This document shows positions 54,301-60,195 of a stretch of 60,195 nucleotides of DNA, piece after piece. The notes under the pieces are model-generated. The model saw nothing but the letters and a program-made list of their open reading frames with translations, had not been told where the DNA came from and did not search any database. Each line of letters begins with the position of its first letter. The stretch's first letter is position 1. Where the stretch lies: the NCBI GenBank assembly GCA_052386995.1, contig JBQTJP010000107.1, forward strand, positions 1 to 60,195, in the 5' to 3' direction. The DNA comes from Armatimonadota bacterium. Lineage in GTDB: Bacteria > Sysuimicrobiota > Sysuimicrobiia > Sysuimicrobiales > Humicultoraceae. The position numbers and the translations under genes are program-made.

Positions 54301-54319
54301 CTGGAATCTACGCTGGAAT
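54301..54319 (+). repeat. direct repeat CTGGAAT-N5-CTGGAAT in the pstS leader
   Basis: ctggaatctacgctggaat, 12 bp start-to-start. Function unknown. Confidence 0.4.
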
Positions 54320-54400
54320 TGCCCGAGGAGAAAACGAGATACGACTGGACCTCGCCTAGTCTCCTTCCGGCAGATACCAAGATATCTTAAGGAGGCTGTC

Positions 54401-55384
54401 ATGTTCAAAACACGCATGCTCGCCACAGGGGTCGCGGCCGCCCTTACGGTCATCGTCGCGTCCGCGGTGCTCCCGGCTGCCGCGCAGGTCAAGGTGGACT
54501 CACTGCTCACAACCTATCGGGCGGTCACGGGTATCAGCGGCAACCTGTCGAGCGTCGGCTCGGATACACTGAACAATTTGATGACCCTCTGGGCTGAGGG
54601 CTTCAACAAGTTCTACCCCAATGTCCGGATTCAGATCGAGGGCAAGGGCTCCAGCACCGCGCCGCCCGCGCTGATTGCCGGCACCGCCCAGCTCGGTCCG
54701 ATGTCGCGGCCGATGAGGGCCAGCGAGATCGACCAGTTCGAGCGTAAGTACGGCCACAAGCCGACGGAACTCAGGGTGGCTGTTGACGCCCTGGCGGTCT
54801 TCGTCAACAAGGACAACCCGATCAAGTGCCTCACGTTGGCGCAAACCGACGCCATCTTCTCAAAGTCGCGGCGCGCCGGCCACCGTGAGGACATCAGGAC
54901 ATGGGGCCAGATCGGGCTTACCGGCGAGTGGGCGAGCCGGCCGCTCAGCCTCTACGGCCGCAACTCGGCGTCGGGCACGTACGGGTTCTTCAAGGAGCAT
55001 GTCCTGAAGAACGGCGACTACAAGGACGAGGTGAAGGAACAGCCGGGGTCGGCCGCGGTCGTGCAGGGCGTCACCGTTGACCGCTTCGCCGTAGGCTACA
55101 GCGGGATTGGGTATGCTACCGCCGGCGTCCGGTCTGTGCCATTGGCCGAGAGGGAAGGCGACTGCGTCGAGGCTAACCAAGCGAACGCTTACTCCGGCAA
55201 GTATCCGCTGTCTCGATTCCTGCTGATCTACGTCAACCGGAGCCCCAGTCAGGCCGGCGATCCGCTGATCCGGGAGTTCGTCCGATACGCGCTCTCGAAG
55301 CAAGGGCAGGAAGTTGTCGTCAAGGATGGCTACTTCCCAATCCCGGCCATGATCGCGGCCGAGGAGATGAGGAAAATTCAGTAG
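54401..55384 (+). CDS. pstS: phosphate ABC transporter substrate-binding protein
   Basis: 327 aa. AAGGAGG SD. Signal peptide (LATGVAAALTVIVASAVLPAAAQ). GSDTLNNLMTLWAEGF, GKGSSTAPPALIAGTAQLGPMSRPM, and GYSGIGY. Confidence 0.93.
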   Translation: MFKTRMLATGVAAALTVIVASAVLPAAAQVKVDSLLTTYRAVTGISGNLSSVGSDTLNNLMTLWAEGFNKFYPNVRIQIEGKGSSTAPPALIAGTAQLGPMSRPMRASEIDQFERKYGHKPTELRVAVDALAVFVNKDNPIKCLTLAQTDAIFSKSRRAGHREDIRTWGQIGLTGEWASRPLSLYGRNSASGTYGFFKEHVLKNGDYKDEVKEQPGSAAVVQGVTVDRFAVGYSGIGYATAGVRSVPLAEREGDCVEANQANAYSGKYPLSRFLLIYVNRSPSQAGDPLIREFVRYALSKQGQEVVVKDGYFPIPAMIAAEEMRKIQ

Positions 55385-55398
55385 GCCTCGAGAAGCGC

Positions 55399-57660
55399 GT
55401 GGCACGTCGTTCACCGGAGTTCGCGCCCGCGGGCGGGCCGCCACTAGCGGACCGCCCGATCGGGATTTCCCGCGAGAGTGTCAATCGCCGTCTTCTGGCT
55501 GACCGGATCGGCCGGCGTATCGTCACTCTCGGCGGCGTCGCCATCATCATGTCCATACTGGCCATTCTCGTGGTGATCGTCGTGGAGGTGGCGCCGCTGT
55601 TCCGTGCTCCGAGCGTGCGGCCGCTAGCGACGCTGTCGGCCGCTGTCACGACGCCGCCGCTGGGCCTCGGCGTCGACGAGCACCGCCAGATCCTCTACCT
55701 GATCACGGAGTCGGGTGTGCAGCTCGTCCGCGCCGAGGACGGCACGCGCCTGCCAACCCCAGGTCTGCCCGGCTTGAACGTGGCGCGTGTCGTTGCCACT
55801 TCGGCGTTGGGCCGCGGAGTCTTTGCCCTGGGCCTTTCCGACGGCCGGGTCATCCCCGCAGACGTCAGGTTCACGGTGAGCTTCCCGGAAGGGCGGCGGC
55901 GGGTGAGCCCCGAGGTGGTCCCGCAGCCGCCGATCGTCGTCAACCCGGATGGCCGGCCGATTCGGCGTCTGGCGTACACCGTGACCCGCGACGGATCGGT
56001 GCTCGCGGCTGCGATCGGGGAACGGCATCTGGTCCTGATGTCCGTTAAGGAACAGAAAGCGCTGGTCGGTCCCACGACCCGCGAGGTCGTACGGCAGCGC
56101 GCAACCCTGCCGGCGGAGATCACGGCTCTTGCGACCGACAGCCGAGGCGACAGTGTTTTCGTCGGGACGTCGTCGGGCCAGATCGTCGTGCTGAGGCCCT
56201 CGGAGGGTGGTGCGCCCCGCGTCATCGCCACGGCGGCCGCAGCGCAGGGCGGCTCGGCGATCACGATGCTGGGCCTGTTGATCGGCGACCGCACGCTGGT
56301 GACCGGGGACGCTTCCGGAGCCGTAACGTCCTGGCAACTCCTCAGGGACGGTCAGGGGTCGATGCGCCTGACGAAGATGTACGAATTCGCCCACCACGAA
56401 GCCTCCGTCGTCGCCTTCTCGTCATCCCAGCGGGACAAAGGGTTTCTCACGGCGGACGCGGCCGGAAACGTGTTCCTTCACTATGGCACGAGCGGGCGGA
56501 CGCTCCTGCGCCTTCGGGCCGGGCAAGACTTGAGCGCGCTCACTTACGCCCCAAAGGTTGATGGGCTACTGGCCGTCGGGTCCACCGGCCGAATAGAGCA
56601 CTGGGCCGTGCGCAACCCGCATCCCGAGATTACCCTGCACACTCTCTTTGGCCGTGTCTGGTACGAGGGATATTCGGAGCCGGCATACGTGTGGCAGTCC
56701 ACCGGAGCCACAGACGACTTCGAAGCAAAGTTCAGCCTGACGCCGCTCATCTACGGCACGTTGAAAGGGACGTTCTACGCGCTACTTTTCGCCGTTCCGC
56801 TGGCGCTGTTCGGCGCGCTCTACGCATCGCAGTTCATGCACCCCACGCTGAGGGGCGTCGTGAAGCCGGTAGTCGAGATCATGGCCGCCCTGCCAAGCGT
56901 CGTGCTGGGGTTTCTGGCCGGGCTGTGGCTCGCTCCACGCGTCGAAAAGGTCGTGCCCGGCGTCTTTCTGATGCCGCTCGTGATCACGGCGCTGGTGCTG
57001 GCGGCGGCCGCGCTGTGGCGCTTGGCCCCGCCTGCACTGCGCAGGCGCGTACGGCCCGGGTCGGAGGTCTTCCTCCTGGTTCCGATTGTGCTTGGGGGGG
57101 GCTGGCTCGCGTTCCGTCTGGGTGGGCTGGTCGAGCTCGTCCTGCTCGGTGGAGATTACCGCGGATGGCTGTTGAGCGCGCTGGGACTCACCTACGACCA
57201 GCGGAACTCTCTGGTGGTCGGCCTGGCGATGGGCTTTGCCGTGGTCCCGATCATCTTCACGATTGCCGATGACGCGCTGTCGAACGTGCCCGGGCATCTC
57301 ACCGCAGGCTCGCTCGCGCTGGGCGCGACGCGGTGGCAGAGTGCTGTGCGGGTGGTCCTGCCCACGGCCAGCCCGGGGATCTTTTCGGCCGTCATGATTG
57401 GGTTCGGTCGAGCCGTGGGCGAGACCATGATCGTGCTCATGGCCACGGGCAACACGCCGGTGATGGACTGGTCCATTTTCAACGGTCTGCGGGCGTTGTC
57501 GGCCAATGTGGCGGTGGAACTCCCCGAGGCGCCGTACGGCGGCACACTCTATCGGGTGCTGTTCGTGGCGGCGCTGCTTCTGTTCGTCATGACGTTTACC
57601 GTGAACACGGCCGCCGAGATCGTGAGGCTGCGCCTGCGAAGGCGCTATCAGGCCCTATGA
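55399..57660 (+). CDS. pstC: phosphate ABC transporter permease PstC, long form with a large extracytoplasmic beta-propeller-like insert
   Basis: 753 aa. TM1 (VTLGGVAIIMSILAILVVIVVEV), then about 400 aa with WD40-like repeats (GTSSGQIVVLR; GDASGAVTSWQL; TADAAGNVFLHY; VGSTGRIEHWAV). The canonical PstC core follows (TPLIYGTLKGTFYALLFAVPLAL...GFGRAVGETMIVLMATGN). Confidence 0.88.
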   Translation: MARRSPEFAPAGGPPLADRPIGISRESVNRRLLADRIGRRIVTLGGVAIIMSILAILVVIVVEVAPLFRAPSVRPLATLSAAVTTPPLGLGVDEHRQILYLITESGVQLVRAEDGTRLPTPGLPGLNVARVVATSALGRGVFALGLSDGRVIPADVRFTVSFPEGRRRVSPEVVPQPPIVVNPDGRPIRRLAYTVTRDGSVLAAAIGERHLVLMSVKEQKALVGPTTREVVRQRATLPAEITALATDSRGDSVFVGTSSGQIVVLRPSEGGAPRVIATAAAAQGGSAITMLGLLIGDRTLVTGDASGAVTSWQLLRDGQGSMRLTKMYEFAHHEASVVAFSSSQRDKGFLTADAAGNVFLHYGTSGRTLLRLRAGQDLSALTYAPKVDGLLAVGSTGRIEHWAVRNPHPEITLHTLFGRVWYEGYSEPAYVWQSTGATDDFEAKFSLTPLIYGTLKGTFYALLFAVPLALFGALYASQFMHPTLRGVVKPVVEIMAALPSVVLGFLAGLWLAPRVEKVVPGVFLMPLVITALVLAAAALWRLAPPALRRRVRPGSEVFLLVPIVLGGGWLAFRLGGLVELVLLGGDYRGWLLSALGLTYDQRNSLVVGLAMGFAVVPIIFTIADDALSNVPGHLTAGSLALGATRWQSAVRVVLPTASPGIFSAVMIGFGRAVGETMIVLMATGNTPVMDWSIFNGLRALSANVAVELPEAPYGGTLYRVLFVAALLLFVMTFTVNTAAEIVRLRLRRRYQAL

Positions 57661-59267
57661 GGAGGACGTTCTGGCGCTCCGGCGATCCGCTGATCTGGCT
57701 GACCGGCGCGGCTCTCGCCTTCGCGCTCATCATGGTGGCCGGGCTGGTTCTGCTGATACTTATCAACGGCCTGGGGTTCTTCTGGCCCAAAGACGTCGCT
57801 CGCCTTATGCTCCGCGACGGCCGCTCGATACTGGGCGAGATCGTCGAGCGGGAGGTCATTCCCGGATCTACCGCCACTGCGCCGCGCTATCGGGTGAAGG
57901 TCAAGCAGGGGAATCGGGACGCGTTCGGGGCCGATTTCGTCTGGCTCGACGAGGACGAGATCACGGCGCGCGAGCGTCCGCGCGACGCCATTGTGGTGGA
58001 ACGGCGTGAGTGGGGCAACCTCTACGGGTTTCTCAAAGAAGTGCGCGGCGCTGGCGGTGGACCCGCGACAGGCGCCGACGCGTGGGCCGCGCTGCATACG
58101 CGGCTTCCAGAAGCACAGCACCTGGTCGAGCGCATCCGGCGGATTGAGCGGCGCGATGTCGGCGCAATCAATCGCGAACAGGAACGCCTCCGGCTCGGCC
58201 TGCGAACTCTTGAATTGCAGGGCATCAAGCAGGGCCCCGAGGTCGATCGCATTCGTGAAGAGATGGCGCGCTGGCAGGCGAGATACGACGAGCGTGCGGC
58301 CGAGCTCGCAGCGCTCCGGGAGCGTCAGACCGGCACCGCCGTCTTTGTCCTGGCCGATGGCAAGGAGATTGAGGTTCCTCTGACCCAGATCGTGCGACCC
58401 TACCGCCCGAACGCCACGGGTGCCGGTCCGAAGGCGGGCCTGTACGCCGCGAAGGTCTGGGAGTTTATCGCGGGAGAGCCCCGCGAGTCCAACACCGAGG
58501 GGGGCGTCTTCCCGGCGATTTTCGGCACGGTCATGATGGTCGTGATCATGAGCATTGTGGTGACCCCATTGGGCGTGCTCGCGGCGTTCTACCTGCGGGA
58601 GTATGCGAAGCAGGGTCCGTTCGTGAGCGCCGTCCGTATCGCCGTGAACAACCTAGCCGGCGTGCCGTCAATCGTCTTCGGGGTGTTCGGCGTCGGCTTC
58701 TTCATCTACTTCGTCGGCGGCGGCGTTGACCGCCTGTTTTATCCCGAGTCGCTGCCCGCACCGACGTTCGGCACCGGCGGCATCCTCTGGGCGTCGCTGA
58801 CGCTGGCCTTGCTTACCGTTCCCGTCGTCATCGTCGCCGCCGAGGAAGGCCTGGCGGCCGTCCCGCGCAGCATCCGTGAGGCGTCGTACGCGCTAGGGGC
58901 CACAAAGCTCGAGACCACCCTGCGCGTCGTGACGCCGGCGGTGCTCCCGTCGATCCTCACCGGGTTGATCCTGGCGATGGCGCGGGCCGCGGGGGAGGTC
59001 GCTCCACTCATGATCACCGGGGTGGTCAAGCTCGCGCCGACCCTGCCGGTAGACGGCATCTGGCCCTTTGTCCACCTGGAGCGCAAGTTCATGCACCTCG
59101 GCTTCCACATCTACGACGTCGGCTTTCAGTCGCCCAATGTGGACGCCGCACGCCCGATGGTGTTCGCGACCACTCTGCTGTTGCTGGGAATTGTGCTCGT
59201 CCTGAACCTGTTTGCGATCATGATGCGCAATCGGCTGCGACGCCGGTACGCGACGTCTGCGGTCTAG
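57657..59267 (+). CDS. pstA: phosphate ABC transporter permease PstA, long form with a coiled-coil-containing periplasmic insert
   Basis: The ATG overlaps the pstC stop (ATGA). MRRTFWRSGDPLIWLTGAALAFALIMVAGLVLL. About 250 aa of insert includes a charged coiled-coil region (ERIRRIERRDVGAINREQERLRL...ARWQARYDERAAELAALRE). The PstA core follows (GVFPAIFGT..., ASYALGATKLETTLRVV). Confidence 0.88.
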   Translation: MRRTFWRSGDPLIWLTGAALAFALIMVAGLVLLILINGLGFFWPKDVARLMLRDGRSILGEIVEREVIPGSTATAPRYRVKVKQGNRDAFGADFVWLDEDEITARERPRDAIVVERREWGNLYGFLKEVRGAGGGPATGADAWAALHTRLPEAQHLVERIRRIERRDVGAINREQERLRLGLRTLELQGIKQGPEVDRIREEMARWQARYDERAAELAALRERQTGTAVFVLADGKEIEVPLTQIVRPYRPNATGAGPKAGLYAAKVWEFIAGEPRESNTEGGVFPAIFGTVMMVVIMSIVVTPLGVLAAFYLREYAKQGPFVSAVRIAVNNLAGVPSIVFGVFGVGFFIYFVGGGVDRLFYPESLPAPTFGTGGILWASLTLALLTVPVVIVAAEEGLAAVPRSIREASYALGATKLETTLRVVTPAVLPSILTGLILAMARAAGEVAPLMITGVVKLAPTLPVDGIWPFVHLERKFMHLGFHIYDVGFQSPNVDAARPMVFATTLLLLGIVLVLNLFAIMMRNRLRRRYATSAV

Positions 59268-59276
59268 GAGGCACGC

Positions 59277-60098
59277 ATGGCGGGTTCTGCCCAGGTGAAC
59301 ATTCGCCCCGCGACGGGAGCGCACGCGGGAACGCCGGTGGCGGCCAAACCGGTGGTCGAGATCAATGGTCTCAGCCTCTGGTATGGCGAGAGTCGGGCGC
59401 TCAGGGACATCTCGATGGCCGTGCCGCAGCATCAGATCACCGCGTTGATCGGCCCCTCCGGTTGCGGCAAGAGCACGCTGCTGCGCTGTATGAACCGCCT
59501 CAACGACTTGATCGACGGCGTGCGCATCGAGGGAACGATCCGCATCGTCGGGGTGGACATCTACGATCCGGCGTTGGACGTCACCGAGCTGCGCAAGCGC
59601 GTGGGGATGGTGTTCCAGAAGTCCAACCCGTTCCCCAAGTCGATCTACGAGAACGCGGCCTTCGGGCCACGAATCCTGGGCGTCAAGGGGAAGGCGGAGT
59701 TGGACGCGATCGTGGAGCGCAGCCTGCGTGACGCCGCGCTGTGGGATGAGGTGTCCGACCGTCTGCACGAGAGCGCGCTGAGCCTGTCGGGCGGCCAGCA
59801 GCAGCGCCTGTGCATCGCCCGGGCCATTGCGGTTGAGCCAGAGGTCTTGCTGATGGACGAGCCGTGCTCGGCCCTCGATCCTGTGGCGACGGCCAAGATC
59901 GAGGACCTGATGACCGGACTGAAGACGCACTACACGATCGTGATCGTGACGCACAACATGCAGCAGGCGGCCCGCGTTTCTGATCAGACGGGGTTCCTCC
60001 TGCTCGGCGAGCTGATCGAGTTCGGGCCAACCCAGACGCTGTTCACCACGCCGCGCGATTCGCGGACGGAAGACTACATCACCGGCCGGTTCGGCTGA
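59277..60098 (+). CDS. pstB: phosphate ABC transporter ATP-binding protein
   Basis: 273 aa. Walker [10 protein letters not shown], signature [14 protein letters not shown], and Walker [12 protein letters not shown]. Confidence 0.96.
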   Translation: MAGSAQVNIRPATGAHAGTPVAAKPVVEINGLSLWYGESRALRDISMAVPQHQITALIGPSGCGKSTLLRCMNRLNDLIDGVRIEGTIRIVGVDIYDPALDVTELRKRVGMVFQKSNPFPKSIYENAAFGPRILGVKGKAELDAIVERSLRDAALWDEVSDRLHESALSLSGGQQQRLCIARAIAVEPEVLLMDEPCSALDPVATAKIEDLMTGLKTHYTIVIVTHNMQQAARVSDQTGFLLLGELIEFGPTQTLFTTPRDSRTEDYITGRFG

Positions 60099-60127
60099 TG
60101 CGGCGGCCCGGCCAGGAGGAGAAGACG

Positions 60128-60195
60128 ATGGGTGGCGACGGCCGACATCTCCGGCAAGGGTTCGATCAGGCCCTCCAGCAGGTCGAGGACGATCT
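60128..60195 (+). CDS. phoU: phosphate-signalling regulator PhoU, 5' end only (runs off the window)
   Basis: AGGAGGAGAAG SD, then ATG 60128. MGGDGRHLRQGFDQALQQVEDD fits the usual PhoU N-terminus (H....fd.eL..l). The position directly after pstB supports the call. Confidence 0.7.
   Translation, partial: MGGDGRHLRQGFDQALQQVEDD

Noticed and set aside
1-60195. CRISPR arrays, tRNA/rRNA genes, IS elements, integrases, prophage or toxin-antitoxin modules
   Set aside because: I saw no spaced direct-repeat arrays, no cloverleaf-compatible segments in the few intergenic gaps over 100 nt, and no transposase-, integrase- or phage-like ORFs. This was a visual scan only, so tRNAscan, Infernal and ISfinder-type searches could still find small elements.

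Overview
High-GC (roughly two-thirds G+C by eye, not computed), densely coding bacterial chromosomal segment. I support about 57 protein-coding loci. I found no rRNA, tRNA, CRISPR array, transposase or integrase. Most long ORFs in the track are antisense shadows of real genes, as expected at this GC content.

Housekeeping backbone:
- a four-gene accD-accA-accB-accC operon
- ROK glucokinase, HtrA-type protease, xpt, argS
- tal-rho-(LysM/M23)-rpmE-(unknown)-prfA-prmC-(tsaC-like)-rpiB, then an inverted glyA, then upp
- dCMP deaminase, a DEAD-box helicase, coaBC-coaX and pstS-pstC-pstA-pstB-phoU

The tal...upp gene order resembles the Bacillus subtilis arrangement (from memory). Together with an SLH-domain envelope protein, this suggests a high-GC Bacillota-like or related lineage; this is inference only.

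Accessory or unusual content:
1. A single ORF fuses a PlsY-like membrane domain with degenerate catalytic motifs to a domain homologous to cyanobacterial acyl-ACP reductase. This is the most novel-looking item.
2. Two blocks of cell-wall-sugar recycling genes (two-domain GH3 NagZ plus NagA; AmiE-like serine hydrolase, BadF-type kinase, MurQ and AnmK). They bracket a minor-pilin operon and two paralogous Opp/Dpp-type importer modules that lack ATPase genes and converge on an S9 peptidase.
3. A zinc-ribbon/adenylate-cyclase/STAND-ATPase/TPR signalling protein.
4. A minor-pilin operon with a 676-aa PilX-like protein.
5. A DEAD-box helicase whose Q-motif can only be encoded if translation starts at a non-canonical ATT or ATA codon.
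6. Decayed genes: M19-like dipeptidase, DJ-1/PfpI and VOC fragments, an internally shortened LLM oxidoreductase and a degenerate TsaC.

Start codons are my best choices from alignment logic and Shine-Dalgarno (SD) spacing. Alternatives are noted in the evidence fields.
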